The translations under genes and the position numbers were made by a program. A stretch of DNA of 64,000 nt, taken from NCBI RefSeq assembly GCF_004010195.1, contig NC_057718.1, forward strand, positions 64,529,123 to 64,593,122. Reading direction: 5' to 3'. Shown here piece by piece: positions 1-11,614 of this stretch. This DNA is from Chiloscyllium plagiosum. Lineage: Eukaryota. The notes beneath the pieces were generated by a model, which was not told the DNA's origin, did not search any database, and saw nothing but the letters and a program-made list of their open reading frames with translations. How positions within the stretch are numbered: the first letter of the stretch is position 1; each line of letters opens with the position of its first letter.

Positions 1-165
1 ATGTATAATTTCAGTTATATCACACTGCAAATTTTTGCTATAAATTCTGTGTTACGATCGAGCCCTCCACAATCACCTGATGAAGGAGCGTCGCTCCGAA
101 AGCTAGTGTGCTTCCAATTAAACTATAACCTGTTGGACTATAACCTGGTGTTGTGTGATTTTTAA
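1..165 (+). mobile_element. Penelope-like element 3' terminal (pLTR) fragment, family A
   Basis: Contains the hammerhead core CTGATGA-A-GGAGC-GTC-GCTCC-GAAA-GCTA followed by a short tail with a duplicated ACTATAACCTG. The window edge truncates it. Confidence 0.65.
74..108 (+). ncRNA. Minimal type I hammerhead ribozyme, intact core
   Basis: Stem I CAC(74-76)/GTG(106-108); CTGATGA 77-83; stem II GGAGC(85-89)/GCTCC(93-97); GAAA 98-101; palindromic AGCT stem III; CUA triplet 103-105. Confidence 0.75.
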
Positions 166-734
166 ATCTAACATTGAATTTTATTTATTTTGTGTAAGTA
201 AGATATGGGAGGTACATGAAGCGTAGGTAGGTGGGGAAACTGTGATGTACAGCTAAACATAGTCAGCGAGTCTTTATAACATCTAAGTGTATTGTGTAAT
301 CAATAATTGTGATTTTCTTTCTAGAAGAATTTCATGCTGGTTTGGTTCACGCCAAACAACTTCTGTGTTCTGAGAAATCATAATAAGAAATCACAAATTC
401 TAGTGTAATGCGTTGTAATGTGCCAGTAATTCTTTGAATATATTTCGCTTTAAGTTGTCCATCACTTCTACTGACTAACTTCTCTATAGTTGTGGGCAGT
501 TAAGGGTTAAAGTAGTGGGATTTAGTAAATAATAGAAGTCAGAATTATATTCTGGATAATACACTGTTATCCTTTGTTTGAAATCTTTCTATTTCAGTTT
601 TAAAATGTCTTTGGTAAATATAGTGCCATTGAGAATAATTTCACAAGAACATATTATTATGGGTAATTTTGCACAATACTAAGCCATATCAGGAAATCCT
701 GAGAAATTGATTTTTTAACATGAGTTGGAAATTG

Positions 735-1000
735 CATAGAATTGTTACAAGGCTCAAATCATTTAGCCCAAATGGTTTATGCTGATGGTTCTATTCCACA
801 CAAGTCTCATCTCATCTTAAATTCTCTCACATTAACTGCATGCTTTCTATTCCTTTCTCCTTCATGTACTTGACTAGCTTCACCTTAAAGGCATCAATGT
901 TAGTTGCTTTAAATCATCCTTATGGTAATAAGTTCCATATTCTAAACTCTCTGTGTAAGAAAGCTTCTCCTGGATTCTTCACAGTATTTATTGGCGAATG
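735..1000 (-). mobile_element. Old CR1 LINE 3' fragment
   Basis: Degenerate match to the CR1 3' ends repeated elsewhere in the window (e.g. AGTTCCATATTCTAAACTCTCTGTGTAAGAAA). Confidence 0.5.
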
Positions 1001-1053
1001 TCTTTTATTTATCACATTTATTTATGTACTTCCTCATACACATTTCTTTCTAC

Positions 1054-1612
1054 TGTTGTGTGGAAGCTGTTTTTGCTGGCCTGTTTGTCTGCAGCCACGA
1101 AGTCAGTCATGTTATTGGTTGCCTAGCTTAAACCCCTTGCCCTGGATGGCCCCCTAGCCAGCTACAACATTCTGTAACAAACACATAGCTTCTGCTTTTC
1201 TCACATAACTCATGAACTGTTTATCTGCAGCCACCTGCTAAGCAAAGCTGCAACCAAGGCAGACGTTATCAATGGGCGGATATAGTATCTGAAGGGTGCA
1301 TTGACTCAAGGTCTGAATACAATAGCTTGTTATGTAGTCTTAGGCAAGGCTGACCTCAGACTTTAGCTAGTGTATTGCCACTTAGGCCATCTTGTGTATT
1401 GCCACGTAGGCCACCTTGTGACTATCTTGTGGTTTTGTGTCTGATTGAGCAACTGTCAGCTCGGCGTCTGTTGTACTATGTAAATCCAACGCGATCTGGA
1501 GTGCTTTGGATTAGCACTGGACCGTACAAAGGAAAAGTGCACTCCCCACGATATCATGCAATAAAGTTTGTTAATGCTCAAGGTCTGAGTCTTGAGAATT
1601 TCATCAACAACA
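1054..1612 (+). mobile_element. Putative solo LTR
   Basis: TGTTGT...ACAACA inverted termini, AATAAA at about 1560, and a 24-bp tandem duplication at 1370-1417. No clear TSD. Confidence 0.55.
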
Positions 1613-2049
1613 GAGTTAGACTAACATGCAGACTGTGGGAAATAAGGTGACAGGCATACTTAATTGTTGAGGAGGTCCCTCCCAGCAGTGAATTAAGGTA
1701 ACTGAAAACTGAAGATGGATCAAGCTTCCCACAGATTGATGCCCTTTAAAATGGCACCCAGTTCTTTGAACCCGATGAAGTACTGAAGGGGTCATCAATC
1801 TTCTGTACATCATTGCCCATACGTGATCAAGCATCTGGGCCTTACATATCTAGGCAGCTGGCCACTGAATGATTGTGTGTGGCCGACCTTCCTACCTACG
1901 AGCTGGTATACTGCCAGCTGGTTGCCCCGCTGCCAAGACAATTGGTGTTGGTTATGATATCAGTCATGGACTCACAGCAGGCAGCCATCATTGAACTAAA
2001 TCTATTTACACGTTCCTAACAGAAAGGGCAACACAGAGGACAATATGGA

Positions 2050-2400
2050 AGGATGAGGATAAATTGAAGAAATTGGGATGTTCTTCTTTTACTAAAGAAG
2101 ATTGATAGCAGATTTGACAGAGGTTTTCAAAATCATGAGTGGACTGGATAGAATACATAGGGAGAAGATGTTTCTGCTTGTAAGAGAGAAAAAGGACAAA
2201 GGGTCATGCATTTAAAGGGATGTGCAGAAAAAGCAAAGGTGATGAGAAAAAAACTTTTTCACTCAGCGAGTAGTTATTATGTAATGCATTGCCTGGAAAA
2301 GTGATGGATGCAGGTTCAATTGAGGCATTCAAAATAATTATTTGGATAGAAATACTGTAGAGAGGTATGGGAGAAAGGCAGGAGTTTGGCATCAGGAAAT
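2050..2400 (+). mobile_element. Old CR1 LINE 3' fragment
   Basis: GATTTGACAGAGGTTTTCAAAATCATGAG and AACTTTTTCACTCAGCGAGT match the CR1 ORF2 C-terminus (DL.EVFKIM / NFFTQRVV). Confidence 0.65.
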
Positions 2401-2504
2401 AGAATCAGATCAGGCAGAAACAACTGAACTGTGTCGTGACAATTCTGTGAATCTTTGTTCAGACCATGCTACATAGTAGACTTCCTCTCCATTTAAAATC
2501 TCTT

Positions 2505-3750
2505 CCTTTTTAATTTGTTCATAGGATGTGGGCATCACTGGCTAGTCTAGCACATTTTGTCAATCTAAAATTATCTTGAAGAAGCTGGTGGTGAACTGCC
2601 TTCTTGGACCACCTGGAGTCCCTGAGGTGTAAGGAACCCCATAGTCTTTTCAGGAGGGAGTTCTAGAATTTTAACCCAGATGCTGTGTGATTTGGAGAGG
2701 CCCTTGCAGGTAATAGCACTCCCAAGCATCTGCTTGTCTTTATAGGTGGCAGAAGGTGCAGATTTAGCCTACAGTGCACCTTGTAGATGATACACATTAC
2801 CATTACCATGGTGGTCATTTGAGTGAATATGGAAAATGGTGAATTTGGGGTGCCAGTCAAGTTGGCTGCTTTGACCTGAATAGTGTCAAACATTTAGAAT
2901 GTTGTTGGAATTTCAATCATTCAGGAAGTGAAGTCACAATCCTAACCTGTGTCTTGTAGATGGAGGACAGAATCTGGGAGACAAAAGATGAATTACTCAC
3001 CAAGGATTCTTAGCCTCTGACCTGCTGCTCTGGGCATGGTATTGCTGATGCATATGGTTGATGCAGTTCAATTGCTGGCTGGTTCGTAGTAGGAGCTTCA
3101 GGGGCAATGTTGTTGAACGTCATGAAGGAGATGTTTAAATTCTCTCTTGTGGAGCTGACCAGTGTTTGTCACTTGCCAGTGATCAGCCCAAGTCTGGACT
3201 TTGGAGGGACATAAGGAACTGGCTTCAGAATCTAGGAGTGGTGAATGGTGCTGAACATTGTGCAATCATCAGTGAATGTCCCCACTTCTGAGCTTATGAT
3301 GGCGGGAAGGTCATTGATGAAGTAGCTGAGGATAGTTAGCCCTAGGACACTACCCTGAGGAACTCCTGCAGAGATGTCCTGAAGCTGTGATATCTGACTT
3401 CCAACAACCACGACCACCTTACTTTGTGAGATATGTGACTAAGCAGCGGAGAATTTGTCCCCAATTCTCATTCACTCCGCTTTTGTTAAGGCTTCTTGAT
3501 GCTCCACACTCTGTTGAATGCAGACTTGACATCAAGGGTATCACTCTCATCTCACCTCTGGAATTCAGTTCTTTGTCAATGTTTGAACTGAGGCTGTAAT
3601 GAGGTCAGGAGCTGAGTGACATTGGCAGAACCCAAACTGGATGTCACGGAATGGGTTATTACTGAGCAGGTACTGCTTAATAGCACTGTTGATGATCCCT
3701 TCTATCACTTTATTGAACATTGCACAATCATCAGTGAAAGTCCCCACTCG
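2505..3750 (-). mobile_element. CR1-group LINE (second family), RT and 3' region
   Basis: Minus ORF QDISAGVPQGSVLG..FINDLP..GTFTDDCTMF contains RT motifs. The 3' UTR recurs at 50345-50610. Confidence 0.8.
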
Positions 3751-3769
3751 AGATTATAATACTCAAGGT

Positions 3770-3940
3770 GATCGAATGTATACTTAGCCTACTGGACACA
3801 CTTTCCTCATTCCTGAAGAAGGGCTTATGCCCGAAACGTCGATTCTCCTGTTCCTTGGATGCTGCCTGACCTGCTGCGCTTTTCCAGCAACACATTTTCA
3901 GCTCTGATCTCCAGCATCTGCAGTCCTCACATTCTCCTCT
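3770..3940 (+). mobile_element. PLE terminal fragment, family B
   Basis: Same sequence as the 3' ends of the Penelope elements at 24530 and 32561. Confidence 0.85.
3809..3844 (+). ncRNA. Minimal type I hammerhead ribozyme, intact core
   Basis: CTGAAGA 3813-3819; stem II GGGC(3821-24)-TTAT-GCCC(3829-32); GAAA 3833-36; ACGT palindrome; GUC triplet 3838-40; weak stem I. Confidence 0.75.
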
Positions 3941-4819
3941 CTACATTACTCATTCAGTGTCATTGCTATTACCATCAGTGGCACCTAACTTTTACATTAC
4001 AGTACAAATGGATACATGCAAATAAATTTTCAAAATACAATATCTATCTGTAAATGTAACAGGTAAGTTGCAGCAAACAAAAGGCATCAGAGCAGACGGA
4101 AATGAATTGGCCCATTGAGTTTGAGATGAGAGGATAGAAAAACTTTTATTGTCACATAAACCCAATAGTGTAGTGAAAAGTTAATATATCACCAATTACA
4201 GTGCCAATGTAGATACAAAAGTACCTAGGCACAGCCTCATTTGTTACAGGATTGTAGACAATACAGAAATAAAATGTCCAGTATTGCAGAAAAGAGTCAG
4301 TACAGAAGACCACGTGGGCACTTAGCTTCCAGTCCACAATGAGCCCTGGCTCCACACTGTGCTAGCGAAATGCCATGCCTGGAGGCTGCTGCAGGAGCTG
4401 GAAGGTCATCATGCCATGCCAGGGGGTCCATATGGGGACCCTGCGCCAGGTGGGAGGTTACCACACCAGACCTGGCGTTTGCTGCAGGGAGGCCAGGAGA
4501 ATGCCACACCATGCTGGGAGGCCATTGTGGGATGCTAGGAGGTCACCATGCCTCAGGCTGGGGGTCTGTCAGAGGCTGGGAATCATCACCAGAGGCCAGG
4601 GATTGTCACTGTTCGTCAGAGGTCACCAGAGGCTGGGAGTCTTTGGATTTGAATGACTCACTGAATTTGGCAATATCAATATTTCTTCTAGGTTGTGCTG
4701 CACTGAGGTTCCATGCCCATTGATCACCAGAAGTCAATACTGCATGTGGAAGTCAGAAGTCCATGCATTAAAAAAAATAGTGGGAGTACTAGTCTACATC
4801 CCTCCATGTGTGGACTCTC

Positions 4820-5830
4820 ACCTTTTCACCTATTCTTGTGTCCCTTCTGAACTTGGCTTTCATACATTGATATCTGTCATCCAAGTAATTAATATGAATT
4901 GTAAATAATTGTAGACCCAGCAGTGATCCCTGTGGCACTCCACTAGTTACAGGTTGCCATTCTTAAAATGTCTACTTTATCCTAACTCTTTTGTTTCTGT
5001 TATTTAGACAATCCTCTATCCACGCAAACAGATTACCCCCAATACTGGGAGCTGTCATCGTATTAAGTATCTTATATACAGTTCCTTATTTTTGGATAAA
5101 TCCTTTTGTATATCCAAATGTATAACAACTACTGATTCTCCTTTATCTATCCTGTTTGCAACCATCCTAAAGAACTCTAATGAATTTATCAGGATGATGT
5201 TCTCTTCATGAAGGCATTGATTCTATATATTTCTAAATGTTCTACTATAACATCCTTTTTTAATGAACTCTAACAATCTCCCAATAACAGATGTTAATGT
5301 TCAAAATAAGCAAGGAACCAAGAATTCTGGAAATCTGAAGCACTCTGGAGGAGGGTCACTGGGCCTGAAACATTGACTTTGCTTTTTCTCCACAGATGCT
5401 GCTGAGTTTCAGCACTTGAGTCGCTCTGCCATTCTATACAATCATGGTTGATCTGATGGTCATCTCAAATTCTCATTTCCTACCCCTCTGATTACCTATT
5501 GACTCTTTGCTTAAGAAGAATCTATTTACCTCTGCCTAAAAAAAAGTTCAGGTCTCTGCTTCCACCACCTATTCAGAAAGGAGTCATAAACCTGAGAGAA
5601 CATTTCACCAAATCTCTGAATCTGATTTTTAAACAGTGATGTCTAGTTCTAGATTCTCCCAAGAGGAAACATCTTCCTCACATCTACCTGGTCAAGACCC
5701 TATGGAATTTTATATGTTTAAATCAAACTCATCTCAGCACATAACAATTTAAACCATTCCAGGCGTTAGTCTAGTAAACACTCACAAAATTGCCTCGGTA
5801 CAAACTCGATGGACCAAATGGCCTATTGCT
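4820..5830 (-). mobile_element. Old CR1 fragments (RT and 3' end) interrupted by a degenerate PLE terminus at about 5305-5410
   Basis: The reverse complement of CCCAGCAGTGATCCCTGTGGCACTCCACT encodes SGVPQGSLLG. CR1 3' motifs lie at 5420-5760 and a decayed HHR at 5345-5376. Confidence 0.6.
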
Positions 5831-6223
5831 TGATTTTATGAATCTAAGTGTAAGAAAGCTACAAATTACACTATGATGCAACACACAGTGCAGGTTAAAA
5901 TATGCACATTGTTTGCAATCAACTTAATTTTATTTTTGAATCTGCAGGCATGTCATGGCTTGAAATTCTAATGGAGAGCAGGATGAGTTTGACTTCCCAG
6001 GGAATAACTGGTCCTGAAACAAGTCTTTGTTGACAAATTGGGGTAACTAGTAGATTTCACTGAGTATCCTAAGCTCACGGCAAAACTCATAAAGAGAAGT
6101 GAGATTACCTATGGTGGCTTAATAGAAATATTTCATATTACGGAGAAGAAACTGTGGGCAGCCAGCAAGGAGAGGCTGAATTAAACTCAACAAGAAGAGA
6201 AGAAAACCTAGAATATACTATCG

Positions 6224-6600
6224 TTGTTTAGAATTGCATTGAAGGATAGCCAGACCAAAGTCGGTGTTGATGAGGAAATATACTTTAAGCACCAAAAGCA
6301 TTTCACAATCAAGGATAATTTACTAGCTTATGATAAAAGATTAGTTATTCTAGCCTCCATTCAGAAAGGTATATTGGAAAGGGTATGCTGGGGATACTTA
6401 GGTATTGGTGGTAGTACATCCAGGGTTCAGTCAGCAGTATACTGGCAAGTGGTCTTTAAAAACAATTGAAGGTCTCTTAATTCATTGTGATGTCTAAAAT
6501 TATAAGGTATTGTCAAGTCTGGAACACACTCCTGTTAAAATTGATGGCAGATCAGAAGCTAAATCTCAGCCAAACCTATAAAGAGAAGTGAATACTGAGA
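6224..6600 (+). pseudogene. Gypsy LTR retrotransposon integrase remnant
   Basis: DNLLAYDKRLVILASIQKGILERVCWGYLGI..SRVQSAVYW resembles the segment leading into the integrase H2C2 domain (LVIP..ILxxLHxGHLGI..RARxxVYWP). Confidence 0.65.
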
Positions 6601-9414
6601 ACTAGAATGAGCAGCACAACTCACTGAAGCCCATTCATTTAAAAATTGATATTATTTAGACCACAGAACAGCCTGGTGGGATCACATAGAAATGGCAGAA
6701 TTACTGATACCAGTGACAAAGATTATGCAAGCAGCAACCTTCCAGTTATATACCTGAGAGTGTGAACAGGTCAAGTTTACCAAACAATCATAGAGAGCAA
6801 ATGAAGGCATCCAGGCTGATCAACACACTCGAAGAAGGTATGCTGTGTATAACTCCATGAGAGCTAGACCAACATCCACAGTCCCATAACAGGATCAAGG
6901 AAAAGAACAAATTGCTTTTCTGAGCAATCAGAATATAATGAAAAGAAATGACTTTTCCAATCAGAAAGATATTGCTTGGTCCAGAAACTTAGGATATTAC
7001 AAAGAAGAAATAACTTATTTAAATTTTAAAACTGTGTTTTATACTGGAAATTTGTCAGGTTAAAGGTCCCCCCAGATGATTTATGGAATAGCAGAGAAGT
7101 GTTCCTCTGTGAAGGAAATGCCAAGGATTGATGTCCTCCAGATAAGGAAATGGGCCAATAACAAGGTCTACAAGGGACAACTTCCTCATCAAAGGATATC
7201 TGAAAAATAAAATATCCTTCAGTGGAGAAATGATCCAAAGATCATCAGGGTTAACAGTCTTCAAACAAAATACCTATCCTTCTTTCAAATCTAAAGAGAA
7301 AGTCTTCTGAGAAGTGTAAAATGTCCAGACAACCTGCTTTTGTGAAATCAAAAACTCGCTGAGGAAATGGGGATATAATAAATATAATATAGTTGTGTAC
7401 ATGATTGTATAATGGATTGACAATAGAGGATGAATCTTGGGGAGAAACGTTGGTAAGGCTATGCTTCTGAAGGGGCTAATGCTCATGTTACCATAACTTC
7501 ACCCATTTCACTGATGTCACACAGTCTGTGGGTAGAGGCAAGGAACTCTACCCAAGTATTTGGACAGAGCAGATGCATCTGTACCAGCTCTTTGATTTTC
7601 CAATGTTTATATACAAACAAATGTATTTGTACTTGATGCTATCAAGCAATGAATCTTCTTGTTATCTAAGAACCCTTTTCTGTAGATACTCTACAACAGT
7701 GTATCTTCTTCCACTAATCACTAGATAGGCCCAAGGCAAAGTAAAGGAAAAAGAGAATTGGTGGCAGCAAACTACCTCAAACATCCTCATCCAATAGCAC
7801 ATACTGGTAGAGATGGAAAATACCACAAGGTGCCCCAAGCGGTCGCCTGGGGAAATATCGCATTTCACAATCATGGACAAAGTACTAGTGTATGAGAAAA
7901 GTACTATGGCGTGTTGTTCTCTGTACAATGAGGCCAAGCAAAGTGATGAACTCTTGCAGCAGGGTGTCAGGGAGATGCAAGACTTATTTTCATTTCTCTA
8001 GGTGTTACTTGACCTTGTCCCATAGTGTGGCCCAATTACACCATTTTTTTTAATTTGGCAACTTCACTTTTAACCACTTATGAGCAAATTGGCTCATGGT
8101 AACTGATCAAACACTCAATTCATGTGATGTAAATATTCCTCTAAGATTTGGCCAAAATGTGTTGATATCTGTAGCACAGTTAAATGATCTTTTAATTACT
8201 TTGTTGGTAATCGTTGAAATGCTGCTGGAGAATTTTCATTCCAAACAACATAACTTTACATCTAACCAGTGTTAGAAAAGCTGATATTTCTTTGTTCAAT
8301 TAATGTATTTTCCCAATATCCTTTTAATAGGTCAATTTCAGTGGTGAACCACAGGTGTCCAATTCTTTTAGTGCAGTTTTCTAGTTGTGTATTCAGAAAG
8401 AAATCCACCCTTGTTGCCATGTTGACTTTATGATCTTTGTGACCCATCAGGTTTCAACACCACAATGGGTGAATACTATGATTCAATTCAATAATGCCAT
8501 TACCTATCAGGAACTTAATTGCTTCCCTCACTAAAACCTCTGGATTGAACCTAGAAAAACGTTGTTTCATGGGAACAGGTTCATTACATTATGATCATAT
8601 ACAGCCATAGACATTATCCAGGCCTATTTACAAAAATTGATTAATAAGTCTCTAATAGCCTTATAAGTCATTTTGATAATTTTCTGGAAACTAAACATAA
8701 TATTCCATCCAACATTTTAACCACCAATGCATAATACAACTTCTTAATCGTTCTCCAGTTTTTTAATGGTTCATTTTCACTCCCTTTGCTCATTACCATA
8801 CGTACGCTTCTGTTCAAATTTTCCCCTCACAACATCTCTTACCAATAAACATGACGCATTCACTGTTTTTTTTAATCCTGTCCAGTGTACTCACATATCA
8901 TTTACATAACTGAGCTTCTTTTTGATCTTCCTGCAATAAAGTTCCACAATATGGTCTTGTTATCTGCTTTCTTTTTCATCTTTTGGTAAGCACTTTTCAA
9001 GAGCTTTTTTGTCTAACTCATACAATTTGATTAGTTTATTTCTGAAAATCAAAATATAAGTTGGAAATGTAGTTTCTGAATTTGAGTTTATAATTTCTTT
9101 AAAACTAAATTAAAACTTTTTTTATGTAATGTCTATGTATCAGTTCAACAGAACTGAATCCATTTGCAGCATCCCTATTAGCAAACATTAACAAAATAAT
9201 TCCTTTATTCCAATAGTTGTTGATAATTAGATAAAATCACGGACTTTAAGGTTCAATAGCACATTTCAAATGCTACTTAAGAGTACAAATATTAAACCGA
9301 ATACATAAATTATTATCAGGCTATTCATTATTTCTTTGAATATTTGTGGTGCAAAATTTGATCCACAATTTGATAGTATTTCTTTGGGTCATCATATCTT
9401 CAAAGCAGGATAAT

Positions 9415-9595
9415 TTAAGCACGGCCAATCCACCTAACCTGCACATCTTTGGACTGTGAGAGGAAACCACAGCACCTGGGAAACCCATGCAGACATAGGA
9501 AGAATGTGCAAACCCCACATGAACAGTCACCTGGAATTGAACGCAGGTCCCTGGCATCATGAGACAGCAGTGCCAACCACTGTACCACCCTATCT
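9415..9595 (-). mobile_element. HE1-like tRNA-derived V-SINE (5' part)
   Basis: A box TGGTACAGTGG (9577-9587), B box GTTCAATTCC (9533-9542), and the CCAAAGATGTGCAGGTTAGGTGGATTGG body. Confidence 0.8.
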
Positions 9596-11439
9596 TGTTG
9601 GTACATCCATTATTGTTAAAAGATAGTCATTCCCAATCCTAATGTTAGGGGTTACATCCCACACAATCCATTAAAACCATAGTAAATACGTTTTTGAATT
9701 AACATGATGTTTGGGATTTCATCACTTCCTGACACATTTGACATGTCTGGAAAAAGCTGACCACATCTTTATGTAATCCTGGCTAAAATAAATGTTTTTT
9801 GTGTTTTTTGTATTTTCCTAACATTTAACTGACCCATCAGTTTTGGAATTTTTTGAACTACTCAAAGTTTGTTATGATATTCAGATGGGACTATAATCTG
9901 ATGGACTACTGGCCATTCTTCATCAGCGGGTGTTATAGATTATCTCTATTTTGTCATTCATACTTTGCCTTTCATATCACAATCAAGTTTTAGTTCTGAC
10001 AATTTCTGAGTAGGCTATATGGTATAATTTGCAATTACATATCAATTTGTCGCATTTCAACAAAAGATGGGCTAAGCATGTCATCCGCATTTTCTATACA
10101 ATCATTTTCTCTTTCAATTTTTGAAAGATGTATCAAGAACTGCATTTCAAAGTCATCTCCTTTTTTCCTACACTATTACTCTTCCGGTTTAAGTCAATGA
10201 GTCTCAGACCTTTCACAACACAGTCTTGAAACAACCCAGGATATTCCTCTTGTAGCATCTCAGTTTCTCTTACATCCATTGCTTGTCCTACCACCTTCCT
10301 GAGATCAACATTTTGAAACCAGCCAGTCCATTCCCCAAGATAACATCAATTCTTTCTATTGCGGTTTGTTGCATTACTCCAAATACAATTCTTTCTTTAC
10401 TATGTCACTTTTTAATCAAACCTTGTAGAATGGTTTGAACCTCCATGTCTACCTACAATGATTCTTTTCCCTCATTAAACTCTCAGGTAGACAAATTGTA
10501 GCATCAGCCAGCATAAGTGACTGACTTGATACAGTGTCTATTAATATTTTTATTGATTTACCTTCTTGATTTGAAGAATATGGAAATACTTCCTTTCAAA
10601 ATATGTAGTCAAGACCTCTGGTTTCCTGATTCCCTTTATCAATAATTCAGGAATTTTATTTTGTCGGTCCTGTGCCATTTCTTAGTAGGTTCTAAGGAAA
10701 CATGTTCCTTTCCTTTTTTGATGCATCTTTTGTTGAGGAATCCTTAGGCATTAGTATTACTGCAATTCATCTTCCATTTAACCTCCAACAAATTAGTTTG
10801 GGATGTCCAATCTTATTGTACTCAAAGCATGTTATTTCTTTATATCACTTTTAGATTCTGACATTTCGACTTTATCAGTTTAATGTTCTTCTGTTTGTCC
10901 CCTAATACTAATATCTCCTTTCTTCTCTTCCAATTTCCTTGTGCATTCCCATTTCAATACCAATTGAAAGTTGGTATGCCTGTAACCATGTAACATATTG
11001 CTATTTGTCAGAACTGCTGCTTCTTGGGTCTTTGATATTTAATACTCACCTAAAAATGCCTTAAGTTTCACTGGAATGCTATGTCTGATCAAAATTTCCT
11101 TTACACTCTATTTTTTTCTCTAACTTCATTGATTAATACCATTGATTCAAAAGCATTTTTTCTCTTGCAAATTGTACAAGTGTCTGAATAGGCGTTTCTT
11201 CTTTCTGTCCTAATTTTTAATGTATAAGCTTCAGGGACAAGCTCATAACATTGAATATTGTTCTTATTTTTAACAGTTTCATAGTCTGCAGAATTCTCTT
11301 GTGTCAAACTGGCTACACATTCATAGCTGTACCTGTCAAAATACTGAGCAATGCTAAGGTCCAAACATCTTTTGCTAACTTTGTCTGTCCAGCCAACTTT
11401 TCAAATATCTTTTAACTTAATCCTCTCTAAATTTAGGCA

Positions 11440-11614
11440 GGAGAAAGTGAGGACTGCAGATGCTGGAGATCAGAGCTGAAAATGTGTTGTTGGAAAAGTG
11501 CAGCATCCAAGGAGCAGGAGAATCGACGTTTCGGGCATGAGCCCTTCTTCAGGAATTCCTGAAGAAGGAATTGCTTGACCTGCTGCGCTTTTCCAGCAAC
11601 ACATTCTCAGCTCT
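11440..11614. mobile_element. Fold-back (head-to-head) PLE-terminus insertion with TSD
   Basis: Flanked by CTCTAAATTTAGGCA at 11425-11439 and 11611-11625. A perfect 26-bp palindrome lies at 11543-11568. Confidence 0.85.
11521..11556 (-). ncRNA. Minimal hammerhead ribozyme, intact core
   Basis: The reverse complement reads ATTC-CTGAAGA-A-GGGC-TCAT-GCCC-GAAA-C-GTC-GATT. Confidence 0.75.

Noticed and set aside
9520..9595. tRNA genes at A/B box sites
   Set aside because: There is no complete cloverleaf, and the boxes run into SINE bodies.
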